Shown here piece by piece: positions 1 through 9,700 of a DNA stretch of 64,000 bases. This DNA is from an uncultured bacterium (GTDB lineage Bacteria; Acidobacteriota; Thermoanaerobaculia; Multivoradales; JAHZIX01): the NCBI GenBank assembly GCA_965368975.1, contig CBDUPA010000019.1:1-64000 (forward strand), in the 5' to 3' direction. Under the pieces are notes generated by a model. It did no database searches. It worked only from the letters and a program-made list of their open reading frames with translations, and had not been told where the DNA came from. The position numbers were made by a program, and so were the translations under genes. The first letter of the stretch is position 1, and every line of letters begins with the position of its first letter.

Positions 1-166
1 GCTGGCGAGTCTCGTCAAACTCCATCGCGAAGTCGGTGACACCGAGGCTGCGAAGCGGCTGGAGCGAGAACTCGAATCCTTGCCTGCCGAAGCCGGCGAC
101 TCTGCCGAGCCTGGGATCGTGCTAATTGGCGAGGCGCCAGAATGGGAGGTTGGGGATCGGGATTGA
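1..166 (+). CDS. 3' end of an upstream Ser/Thr kinase-TPR gene copy (partial, truncated by window edge)
   Basis: 1..166 is identical to 2363..2528, the 3' end and TGA stop of the 222..2528 kinase-TPR gene (...GEAPEWEVGDRD*). Confidence 0.8.
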   Translation, partial: LASLVKLHREVGDTEAAKRLERELESLPAEAGDSAEPGIVLIGEAPEWEVGDRD

Positions 167-221
167 TACAGCCTCGGTATCTCGGGAGGACCAGTCGATC
201 TCTGAACTACCATAGAGCCCC

Positions 222-2528
222 ATGACCGAGCAGAAGCAGCCGGCCAAGCACATCGGTCCCTACCGCATCCTCGATACCCTGGGCGAAGGCGGCATGGGCA
301 TCGTCTACCTGGCCGAACAAACCGAACCGATCGAGCGTCAGGTCGCGATCAAGGTCACGCGGCAGCCTCGGCAGCAGTCGGAGCGGTTGCACATGCGATT
401 CGAGTTGGAGCGACGCATCTTGGCCCGCATGGCCCATCCCAACATCGCGCGCGTCTACGAGGCTGGTGATCTCGACGATGGTAGCCCCTACCTGGTCATG
501 GAGTACGTGCAAGGCGTACCGCTCGACCAGTACTGTGATCAAGGGCACCTCGATCTCGACACCCGGCTGGAGCTCTTTCTCCAGATCTGCGCGGGCATTC
601 ACCATGCGCACCAGAAAGGCGTCGTGCATCGCGACATCAAGCCAGCGAACTTGCTGGTTCAGGAACAAGATGGTCAACCCATCGTCAAGATCCTGGACTT
701 CGGCATCGCCAAAGATCTCGATACACCTGTCGACCAGAATTTGACTGTCGGCATGCTCATGGGCACACCTGCCTTCGCCAGCCCCGAGCTGGCCGCGCAG
801 GGAACCGGCGGTGAGGACGGGAGCATCGACATCCGTTCAGACGTCTACGCGTTGGGTGTCCTCCTGTACTCGCTGGTCGTCGGGCAACTACCACATGCCG
901 AAGTCGACATCGGCTTACTGGAGTACATGGAGCGCGTGGCCCACCGAGAACCGGCTCTGGCGAGTTCCCGCCTCGGACAACTGCCCGTGGACCGACAGGT
1001 CGAGGTAGCACGGCAGCGATCCACGACGGCTTCTCGCCTTCGCCACCGGCTCAGAGGCGATCTAGACAGCGTCCTGGCAACTGCTCTGGCTCGCGAACGC
1101 GACCAGCGCTACGGGTCGGTGACAGCCTTGGCCGACGACATCCGTCGTCATCTCGCCTTCGAGCCGATCCAGGCGGCCTCCGCCGGCAGACTCTATCGAG
1201 TACGGAAGTTCGTGCGCCGGCATCGGACCGCCGCTTCTGTGGCCGTGTTGATCCTGATGATCCTGGTCGGCGGCCTCGTCGCGCGCGACTACGAAGCACG
1301 CAAGGCACATCGCGCGCAGCTGGAAGCCCAGACCGTGACCGATTTCTTGCTTGGACTGTTCGCCGATGCCAAGCCAGCGGGTTCCGAAGCGGAAGAGGTG
1401 ACCCTGCGCCAAGTCCTCGATCGTGGCACGGAACGTCTTGACAACCGCTTCACCGAAGAACCGGAACTGCGGGCGCGCTTGCTGGCAACCATGGGCCGGG
1501 TGCACGTCGCGCTGGGCTCCTATGATCTGGCCCTAGACTTGCTACTCGAGGCCGAGGAGCTATACCAGGAACTCGTGCCGGAAAAACCACTGGATCAAGC
1601 GGACAATCTGCTCTGGTTGGGTAAGGCACAGAGCAAAGAACAGCACCTCGAAGACGCCGAGGTATCCCTGCGAAAGGCGGTTCGCCTCCATCACGAGCAC
1701 CTGCCAGCGGACCACCCCCGCGTCTCCGAGAGTCTCCTCCAACTAGCGCAGTTCTTCCAGTTCGTCCACCGACTCGACGAAGCCACGGCAGGCTACAAGG
1801 AACTCCTCGAACTGAATCCCGAGACCTCCTCGGACGGCGCCCTGATGCGGGCCAAAGCACAGACTGGACTGGGGATTGCATACGTTCGACTCGGTCAGGT
1901 CGAAGAGGGTGCCCGGCTGCTGCACCAAGGGGTCCAGGGGATGATCGCGTCCCTGGGCCCGGATCACTTGGACCTGGCACGCCCCATGAACTTGCTAGCC
2001 GAAGCCCGTTTCGAGCTAGGCGAACCAGAAGAGGCAGTGCGACTCCGCAGGCACCGCCTGGAGATCGAGCAAGCTTTGCTGCCCGCGGACCATCCAGAAC
2101 TCGCCAGCTCACACACCAACCTCGGTGTCCTCTTGGCTGAGATGGGCCGTGTTTCCGAGGCAGAGACCCACTTCCACAGAGCCGTGAAGATCCGGCACTC
2201 ATCCCTGGGACCGGATCATCCGTCCTTGGCGGCGGGATACTGGAATCTCGCGCGCGCTGCCCTGATCCTCCATGGTCCCAGGGAGGCCATCGTCCACCAG
2301 GAAGAGGCGCTGCGGATCTACCGGCTTCAGCCGACTTCGAGCCTCGAGCAGATTCGCGAAGCGCTGGCGAGTCTCGTCAAACTCCATCGCGAAGTCGGTG
2401 ACACCGAGGCTGCGAAGCGGCTGGAGCGAGAACTCGAATCCTTGCCTGCCGAAGCCGGCGACTCTGCCGAGCCTGGGATCGTGCTAATTGGCGAGGCGCC
2501 AGAATGGGAGGTTGGGGATCGGGATTGA
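222..2528 (+). CDS. Hanks-type Ser/Thr protein kinase with TM helix and C-terminal TPR repeats (768 aa)
   Basis: Motifs LGEGGMGIVY, VAIK, HRDIKPAN, DFG, GTPAFASPE, DVYALG; hydrophobic segment TAASVAVLILMILVGGLVA; repeated LGPDHP/LPADHP TPR units. Confidence 0.95.
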   Translation: MTEQKQPAKHIGPYRILDTLGEGGMGIVYLAEQTEPIERQVAIKVTRQPRQQSERLHMRFELERRILARMAHPNIARVYEAGDLDDGSPYLVMEYVQGVPLDQYCDQGHLDLDTRLELFLQICAGIHHAHQKGVVHRDIKPANLLVQEQDGQPIVKILDFGIAKDLDTPVDQNLTVGMLMGTPAFASPELAAQGTGGEDGSIDIRSDVYALGVLLYSLVVGQLPHAEVDIGLLEYMERVAHREPALASSRLGQLPVDRQVEVARQRSTTASRLRHRLRGDLDSVLATALARERDQRYGSVTALADDIRRHLAFEPIQAASAGRLYRVRKFVRRHRTAASVAVLILMILVGGLVARDYEARKAHRAQLEAQTVTDFLLGLFADAKPAGSEAEEVTLRQVLDRGTERLDNRFTEEPELRARLLATMGRVHVALGSYDLALDLLLEAEELYQELVPEKPLDQADNLLWLGKAQSKEQHLEDAEVSLRKAVRLHHEHLPADHPRVSESLLQLAQFFQFVHRLDEATAGYKELLELNPETSSDGALMRAKAQTGLGIAYVRLGQVEEGARLLHQGVQGMIASLGPDHLDLARPMNLLAEARFELGEPEEAVRLRRHRLEIEQALLPADHPELASSHTNLGVLLAEMGRVSEAETHFHRAVKIRHSSLGPDHPSLAAGYWNLARAALILHGPREAIVHQEEALRIYRLQPTSSLEQIREALASLVKLHREVGDTEAAKRLERELESLPAEAGDSAEPGIVLIGEAPEWEVGDRD

Positions 2529-2583
2529 TACAGCCTCGGTATCTCGGGAGGACCAGTCGATCTCTGAACTACCATAGAGCCCC

Positions 2584-4890
2584 ATGACCGAGCAGAAGCA
2601 GCCGGCCAAGCACATCGGTCCCTACCGCATCCTCGATACCCTGGGCGAAGGCGGCATGGGCATCGTCTACCTGGCCGAACAAACCGAACCGATCGAGCGT
2701 CAGGTCGCGATCAAGGTCACGCGGCAGCCTCGGCAGCAGTCGGAGCGGTTGCACATGCGATTCGAGTTGGAGCGACGCATCTTGGCCCGCATGGCCCATC
2801 CCAACATCGCGCGCGTCTACGAGGCTGGTGATCTCGACGATGGTAGCCCCTACCTGGTCATGGAGTACGTGCAAGGCGTACCGCTCGACCAGTACTGTGA
2901 TCAAGGGCACCTCGATCTCGACACCCGGCTGGAGCTCTTTCTCCAGATCTGCGCGGGCATTCACCATGCGCACCAGAAAGGCGTCGTGCATCGCGACATC
3001 AAGCCAGCGAACTTGCTGGTTCAGGAACAAGATGGTCAACCCATCGTCAAGATCCTGGACTTCGGCATCGCCAAAGATCTCGATACACCTGTCGACCAGA
3101 ATTTGACTGTCGGCATGCTCATGGGCACACCTGCCTTCGCCAGCCCCGAGCTGGCCGCGCAGGGAACCGGCGGTGAGGACGGGAGCATCGACATCCGTTC
3201 AGACGTCTACGCGTTGGGTGTCCTCCTGTACTCGCTGGTCGTCGGGCAACTACCACATGCCGAAGTCGACATCGGCTTACTGGAGTACATGGAGCGCGTG
3301 GCCCACCGAGAACCGGCTCTGGCGAGTTCCCGCCTCGGACAACTGCCCGTGGACCGACAGGTCGAGGTAGCACGGCAGCGATCCACGACGGCTTCTCGCC
3401 TTCGCCACCGGCTCAGAGGCGATCTAGACAGCGTCCTGGCAACTGCTCTGGCTCGCGAACGCGACCAGCGCTACGGGTCGGTGACAGCCTTGGCCGACGA
3501 TCTCCACCGCTTTCTGGCCTTCGAGCCCGTACACGCAGCCTCACCTGGCAAGCTCTATCTTGCCAAGAAGTTCGCGCGGCGCCACCGGACCGCCGTTGCC
3601 GTATCCGCATTGATCCTGACGATCTTTGTCGGAAGTCTGATCGCCCGCGATCACGAGGCTCGCAGGGCACGGCGCGCGCAATTGGAAGCACAATCCGTGA
3701 CGGACTTCTTGTTGGGCTTGTTCGCTGACGCCAAGCCGGCCGGATCCGCGGAGGAAGAAGTAACCCTACGTCAGGTGCTCGATCGTGGCACGGAACGTCT
3801 CGAGGGGCGCTTCACGGAGGAGCCGGAGCTTCGAGCACGCTTGCTGGAAACCATGGGCAAGGTTCATGTCGCGCTGGGCTCGTACGAATTGGCGCTGGAT
3901 TTACTGCTGGAGGCCGAGGAGCTGCACCTTCAAGTCGTCCCTGAAGCTCCGGAGGAGCATGCGTACCGTCTGCTCTGGCTCGGCACCGCCCAAAACGAAC
4001 TGCATCAGCTGGAGGAAGCCGAGACGTCACTCCGACACGCGGTTCGGCTGCATCGTGAGCATCTGCCCAACGAGCGCGCGGACATTTCCGGGAGTCTTCA
4101 TCAGCTAGCACAGTTCCTCCTCCGAACTCACCGACTCGAAGAAGCCGCGACGACCTACGAGGAACTGCTGAAACTGAACCTCGAGACCTCGGACGAAGCG
4201 GCGCTGATGCATGCCAGAGCGAAGACCGGTCTGGGAACCACATACGTGCGACTCGGCCAATTCGCTGAAGGCGCTGCGCTTCTCGAACAAGGAATGGAAG
4301 GCATGATCGCCTTCCTGGGCCCGGATCACTTGGACCTGGCAGGTCCGCTAACGTCCCTGGCACAGGCTCGTTTCCAGCTTGGCGAACCAGAAGTAGCCGT
4401 GCGCCTGGCCCGGCGCAACCTGGAGATCAAAGAAGCAGTCTTGCCTCCGAACCACCCCAAACTCGCCAGTTCGAACAGCAATATCGGCGTGTTCTTGGCC
4501 CAGATGGGCCGGGTCTCGGAGGCAGAGCCCTACTTCGAACGAGGCCTAGCGGTCCAGCGATCTTCGTTGGGGCCAGATCACCCTTCCTTAGCGCCCAAAC
4601 TTGAGAATCTGGCACTCGTCGCGATAAGGCTCGACAAGACGGCGGAGGCGATCACCCACCAGGAAGAGGCCCTGCGGATCTACCAAGCTCAGGAAACGCC
4701 GAACCTCGGGCGCATCCGCAAGCTGCTGGGGAGTCTCCTCGAACTCCATCGCGCAGTCGGGAGCACCGAGGCGGCGGCGTGGCTGGAGCGGGAACTCGCC
4801 TCCTTGCCTGTTGAAGCGAGAGATTCTGCTGAGCCTGGGATTGTGAGTATTGGCGAGACGGAGGAACGGGAGGAGAGCAGTTTGCTCTGA
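2584..4890 (+). CDS. Hanks-type Ser/Thr protein kinase with TM helix and TPR repeats (768 aa), paralog of 222..2528
   Basis: First ~306 aa identical to the previous gene; TM and TPR region diverged but collinear and of the same total length. Confidence 0.95.
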   Translation: MTEQKQPAKHIGPYRILDTLGEGGMGIVYLAEQTEPIERQVAIKVTRQPRQQSERLHMRFELERRILARMAHPNIARVYEAGDLDDGSPYLVMEYVQGVPLDQYCDQGHLDLDTRLELFLQICAGIHHAHQKGVVHRDIKPANLLVQEQDGQPIVKILDFGIAKDLDTPVDQNLTVGMLMGTPAFASPELAAQGTGGEDGSIDIRSDVYALGVLLYSLVVGQLPHAEVDIGLLEYMERVAHREPALASSRLGQLPVDRQVEVARQRSTTASRLRHRLRGDLDSVLATALARERDQRYGSVTALADDLHRFLAFEPVHAASPGKLYLAKKFARRHRTAVAVSALILTIFVGSLIARDHEARRARRAQLEAQSVTDFLLGLFADAKPAGSAEEEVTLRQVLDRGTERLEGRFTEEPELRARLLETMGKVHVALGSYELALDLLLEAEELHLQVVPEAPEEHAYRLLWLGTAQNELHQLEEAETSLRHAVRLHREHLPNERADISGSLHQLAQFLLRTHRLEEAATTYEELLKLNLETSDEAALMHARAKTGLGTTYVRLGQFAEGAALLEQGMEGMIAFLGPDHLDLAGPLTSLAQARFQLGEPEVAVRLARRNLEIKEAVLPPNHPKLASSNSNIGVFLAQMGRVSEAEPYFERGLAVQRSSLGPDHPSLAPKLENLALVAIRLDKTAEAITHQEEALRIYQAQETPNLGRIRKLLGSLLELHRAVGSTEAAAWLERELASLPVEARDSAEPGIVSIGETEEREESSLL

Positions 4891-4925
4891 CCAAGATCGG
4901 GGAACCTCGCGAGAACTCCTCGGGC

Positions 4926-5702
4926 TCACTCACAACTGCGATACAGCACCACCGCGACCGCCGTCGCCAAGTTCAAACTCGACACCCCCTCCCGCATCGG
5001 AATCGCGACCTTCCGCTCCACCCGCGCCAACATCCCCTCACTCAACCCCCGGCTCTCCGACCCGAACACCAGCACCGTCCCACCCAAATCTGTCCCCCTC
5101 CCCAACGGCTCCCCCTCCGGATGCACCGCCACCAACGGACGTCCCATCCGCGACGGCAATTCCTCGACGCGCACGCACGGTACCGCGAACTGCAAGCCGG
5201 CGCCGCCACGGACTGCCGTCGGATGCCAGGGATCCTGCTTACCAACGACCACGACCCCGCCCGCCGCCGCAGCTGCGGCCACTCGGACCACCGCTCCCAC
5301 GTTGCCCAGATGCGACGGAGTCTCCAAGACCACCACGGGCGCGGCACTCCCCTTCTCATCTCCACCGTTCCCCTCCCCACCATTCCAGAGCGCCTCCGAA
5401 TCCACCGACGGCCGCCGCGCCAGCGAGATCACACCACTCGGCGGTGCGGCTGGGGCCAGGCTCTCGAAGTCTGACGCCGGCATGACCACGGCTCGCCGCT
5501 GCACCTCCGCCACCAGCTCCGGCGCCACGTGCCCGACAATCGCCTCGATCTCGACGTCCGCGCGCACCACAACGTCTTCCACATCTCCACCGAAGCGCAG
5601 GGCATGCTTGAGCGGATGCACACCTTCCAGCACGACGAGCCCGTCATCTCGACGGGCAGCATAGAAACGGGCAGCGAGCGCGGAAGCGGAGAGAGACGTC
5701 AT
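4926..5702 (-). CDS. SpoU/TrmH-family RNA 2'-O-methyltransferase
   Basis: SPOUT motifs VVLETPSHLGNVGAVVR, LVFGSESRGL, IPMREGVSSLNLATA. Start placed at ATG 5702 (MTSLSAS) because the extension to 6062 overlaps the divergent gene. Confidence 0.88.
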   Translation of the reverse strand: MTSLSASALAARFYAARRDDGLVVLEGVHPLKHALRFGGDVEDVVVRADVEIEAIVGHVAPELVAEVQRRAVVMPASDFESLAPAAPPSGVISLARRPSVDSEALWNGGEGNGGDEKGSAAPVVVLETPSHLGNVGAVVRVAAAAAAGGVVVVGKQDPWHPTAVRGGAGLQFAVPCVRVEELPSRMGRPLVAVHPEGEPLGRGTDLGGTVLVFGSESRGLSEGMLARVERKVAIPMREGVSSLNLATAVAVVLYRSCE

Positions 5703-5820
5703 GGTGCAGGCATTCTGCCAGAAGCACGGCGTCGCGGTACAAGCAACTCCGGAGGCCGGGCAACGTATCCTTGGTGAACCCAGCCCAACCGTTCCAACAC
5801 GCAGCCCAGGGAGACACGAC

Positions 5821-6642
5821 ATGTTGCAAGGATTTTCCCGCCGCCGTCTGCTCACCGCTCTACCTGTCCTCAGCGCCGCACCGGCGGTCTTGTGGCGCCA
5901 GGAGACGCAGGCCCAGGAAGGAAGAGAAGAAGCGGCCACGGCTGCGGTGCATGCGAGCTTTCCAGCGCAGGACCCAGACCGGGTGCGCGCGATCGTCGGC
6001 GCTTCACATGGCAACCTGGAGCGGGTGCAAGAACTGATCACGGAGAGTCCGGACCTGGCCAAGGCGGTGTGGGATTGGGGCTATGGTGACTGGGAGACGG
6101 CGCTGGGCGCGGCATCGCACACCGGGCAGCGGGAGATCGCGCAGCTCTTGATGGCGCACGGCGCGCGACCAGATCTGTTCACCTTCGCCATGCTCGGCTA
6201 TCTCGACGTGGTCAAGGCCTACGTCGCGGCACAGCCAGGGATCCAGCGCATCCCGGGGCCGCATGGCTTGACGCTACTGCACCACGCGCGCACCGGCGGT
6301 GAGGCTTCGGAACCCGTGGTGGCGTTCCTGGAAGAGCTCGGAGATGCCGACATGCGCCAGATCTCCGAGCCCATGAGCAACGAGGACAAGGCCTGCTACG
6401 AGGGCAACTACCGCTTCGGACCGGGCGAGGCGAATGTGCTGAAGGTCGAAATCGGCCGAGGTGACCTGCTCGGGATTACGCTGGCGGACGACTTCCCGCG
6501 CACACTTTTCTATGTCGGCGAGCATGCCTTCGAGCCCGCCGGTACGCGTGGCTCGCGGGTGCAGTTCGAGGTGGTGGACGGCAAGGCGGTGAGCTTGACG
6601 GTGTTGGACGGAGCACCGGTGGTGACGGCCAAAAGGTTCTAA
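5821..6642 (+). CDS. Tat-exported ankyrin-repeat-like protein
   Basis: ATG 5821 preceded by GGGAG; twin-arginine signal FSRRRLL followed by a hydrophobic stretch; ankyrin-like motifs ASHGNLERVQELI, ETALGAASHTGQREIAQLLMAHGA, LTLLHHA. Confidence 0.75.
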   Translation: MLQGFSRRRLLTALPVLSAAPAVLWRQETQAQEGREEAATAAVHASFPAQDPDRVRAIVGASHGNLERVQELITESPDLAKAVWDWGYGDWETALGAASHTGQREIAQLLMAHGARPDLFTFAMLGYLDVVKAYVAAQPGIQRIPGPHGLTLLHHARTGGEASEPVVAFLEELGDADMRQISEPMSNEDKACYEGNYRFGPGEANVLKVEIGRGDLLGITLADDFPRTLFYVGEHAFEPAGTRGSRVQFEVVDGKAVSLTVLDGAPVVTAKRF

Positions 6643-6675
6643 CGGCGCGATTCTGACGGAAAGAGAGCGTCTCCA

Positions 6676-6717
6676 AAGAAAACGGCCGGCAGGGTTCACC
6701 CGCCGGCCGTTTCTCTT
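6676..6717. terminator. Bidirectional intrinsic terminator between convergent genes
   Basis: Stem AAACGGCCGGC..GCCGGCCGTTT with inner GGG/CCC, flanked by A-rich and T-rich tracts, between the stops at 6642 (+) and 6740 (-). Confidence 0.8.
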
Positions 6718-6739
6718 GTCTACCGTCCTCGGACGGGGA

Positions 6740-9700
6740 TCAGGGTTGGCTGGTCGCTTGACTGGCCGCTTGACTGGCCGCCGACACCCAGTTCTGCATG
6801 GCACCGACGCTGCAACCGAACTTGCGGTGGCCATTGCCGAGGCCGAGGGCATCGATGATCTGCTCGCAGGAGCAGCCGGCGGTGTCTTCAGTGGTGAAGC
6901 TGACCTGCGGCCCGACCCCATTAGGGGCGTTGGTGTCGAAGGTCGTGTCGCCGTCGACCAGGGCGAAGCGGTTGACGCCCAAGCCGCTGGTTGGCACGTT
7001 CTCGGGGATCGACGTGCCGGGACACTGATCGTCGGCTTCGGCGATGCCGTCACCGTCGCAGTCGGCGGCCAGGTAGAGGACAAAGCCATCGTGGTCGGAC
7101 GAGCGCAGGGCGCCACCGCCGTTGATCAGGTCGCCATTGATCAGGTCGACCGCCGCATCGGCGTTGCCGCGACCATAGGCGAAGCCGCGCACCCAGGGCT
7201 CGGCTGCGGCCGAGGTGAGGGCGTGGTCGAGCACCTGGGCGGTGCCGCGGAAAATGAACGAGTAGCGGTCCGTGGGATCGAGACTCAGCACCCGGTTGCT
7301 CAGGTTCGGCTCGACGAGATCGGGGCCAGAGAGCAGGTTGTCCGCCGGCACGGCGGTACCCTGGATCTGGCCGATGACGTCGACGTAACCGTCGGTGAAC
7401 TCATAGGCGTTGAAGTCACCCACCACGACCAGCGGCCGCGTCGGATTCGTCGTCTGGTACGACTGCACGATCGTCGCAATGCTCTGCGCCTGTTCGAGAC
7501 GCTTCTGGCGTACGCGCGGACCGTCGGAGGCATCGTCGATGCGACTGAGGGAGCGGTTGTGCACCACCAGCACGGCGACCGGGAAGCCGCCGCCAAGAGC
7601 ACAGGTAGCACGCGCTTCGAGCAGCAGCGGCGGACGATCGTGCAGCAGGCTGTTGTCGAAGGTCAGCAACTCGCTGGCGGCGAACTGCGTCACGGCATCG
7701 ACGGCGACGGTGTCGCGCACCAGGAAGCCGACGTCGATACCGCCGACATCGTTGCCCTCGACCAGATAGGCGCTGTAGCTGACGGCCGGGTCATCGGCCG
7801 CGATCTGCGCCGCCAGATCTTCGAGCACGCCCAGCTTCTCCACTTCCTGCACACCCAGAATGTCCGGGCTGTCCAGAACCTCGCGGATGTAGCTGCTGAA
7901 CTTGGCCAGACGCAAGGCGTACCCGGCGCTCGACACCACCGTCTCGCCGCCGTCGCTGACGTCGTCGAACAGACGGAAGAGGTTGAGCGAACCCACGGTG
8001 AACTCACCTTCGCCACGCGCCGCGACGGCGGTCGGCAGGGTGGCCGGGGTGACGGTAAGTGCTGTCGGCCATAGCTCGTAGCCACCGAACTCGTAGCCGA
8101 GCACGCCGGTAGCGCTGAAGGTCGAACCAGCTGGGATCACCTGGTTGGGCAGGCCCAGCTTGTCGGGGTCGAGTTCGAAGACCTCGGGATTGCCATCCCA
8201 GACAGGCAGGCCAATTTCACCCGGAAACTGAATACCCGGCTCGCGGAAGGCGCGGCCCGGACGGGCAACGATATGCACTTCGGCGATCGGATCGGTGCCG
8301 AAGCGCTGGTTGGGTCCGCTGACGCTGCCAGCGGCGATGTCGATCAGCATGCCTTCGTAGCACTCGTACTCGATGCTGCAGCTGGGCGTAGACGGATCAG
8401 GCGACGGCACGGCGGCGTTGAAGGCAACGGCCGGCGGTATGGTCTCGGCGCCAGTGACCACGACGCTGGAGCCGCCAGTGAACTCGGTGAAGTCGAAAAA
8501 CTCGACCACCGTACCGGTGACGGTCACCTGGTCACCGACGGCGACGGCCGGCGCCGTGCCGGTGAAGACGAAGATGCCGTCCGAGGTATCGACGCTGCCG
8601 TCGCTGCGGGCGCTCGGCGTCTGCACGAAGAAACCATCGGGAGCCAGCGCCGTGACCACGTTGTCGACCGTGCTCACCGTCTGGTCCTCGAACGGCGAGG
8701 TCAGGCCGGTGCCCTGGATCTCGTAGATCTCGCGCTCGGGGCCGAACGGACCGCAGCCATCCGTGGCCGAGGTGTTGGAGCGGCCTGGCGTGATGCAGGC
8801 GTTGCGCAGGTCGACGTTGTTCTGATCCGTATCGGTGCCATCCGGGAAACGGCCGATGCCGCGGAAGTCCTGGCCGCTGGAGCCGGAGTCGAAGAGACCG
8901 TCGCCGCTGCCCTCGGTGTAGGGCGCACCGACCGAGCCTTCGTAGCTGACGGCGTCCAGGATCTCGCCAGCGACCACCAGCGCAACGGCGTCGGGCGCCC
9001 CGTTCTGGATCGACGACAGCACGTCGAGGTCGCATTCGGCGACGGTGGCGACATCGGCACACAGCACGAAGTAGTCGCCGGCCGCCAGCGTCACCGCGGG
9101 CAGCACGAACGAGCTGTAAGCCGCGCCGCCGTTGCCGTTGATCAGCTCGACGGTGACGGTGCTCAGGTCGAGATCGCCATCACCGGTGTTCTTCAGCTCG
9201 ATGAACTCGGCGGTGTCCGAGCCGGGCTGGTCGTAGTCGATCTCGTTGATCACCAGCGCCGGACGAGTCGGCTTGGGGCAATCCGCGTCGGCGGTGGTGT
9301 TGGCCGAGCCCGGGGTGATGCAGCGCAGCGAGAAGTCGGCGCTGTTGTCGTCGGTGTCGTTGCCGTCGGGCAGACGCGACAAGCTCTTGTTCTCGTTCGG
9401 GCCGCCCGTGCCGCCCGAGGAGTTGTCGCTCCCCGCTCCGCTACCTTCCGTGTAGGGCGCGGCGACGGAACCTTCGTAGCTCAGCGCGTCGACGACGGTG
9501 CCGTTCAGCACGATGGCGACCGCGTCCGGTGCGCCATTCTGCACCAGGTTGCTGTCCGGGCTGACATCGAGATCACAGCCGAGGACCTCGTCGCTGTCGC
9601 CGCAGATGACAAAGTAATCGCCGGCCGCCAGCGACACCGCCGGTAGATCGATCGTCTTGTAGACGGAGTCGCCGTTGCCGTTGACCAGCACAACCTGGTA

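Larger units (their letters stand above)
1..3500 (+). repeat. Direct repeat at 2362-bp offset: 1..1138 equals 2363..3500 (TPR tail, 55-bp spacer, kinase domain)
   Basis: Sequences match by eye and the ORF track shows identical shadow ORFs at +2362 (207/2569, 466/2828, 757/3119, 811/3173). Identity ends after gccgacga (1138/3500). Confidence 0.93.

Noticed and set aside
1139-4890. Diversity-generating retroelement explanation for the variable TPR halves
   Set aside because: Differences between the copies affect all four bases and many synonymous sites rather than adenines only, and no reverse transcriptase is present.
4850-5485. Pro/Ser/Thr-rich 211-aa ORF on the + strand
   Set aside because: Antisense to the TrmH gene; its composition simply reflects the C-rich strand.
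4926-5702. TrmH gene as an rRNA-methylation self-resistance gene for the NRPS product
   Set aside because: It lies about 13 kb from the cluster, separated by unrelated genes, and SpoU-family genes are widespread; nothing in the sequence links it.
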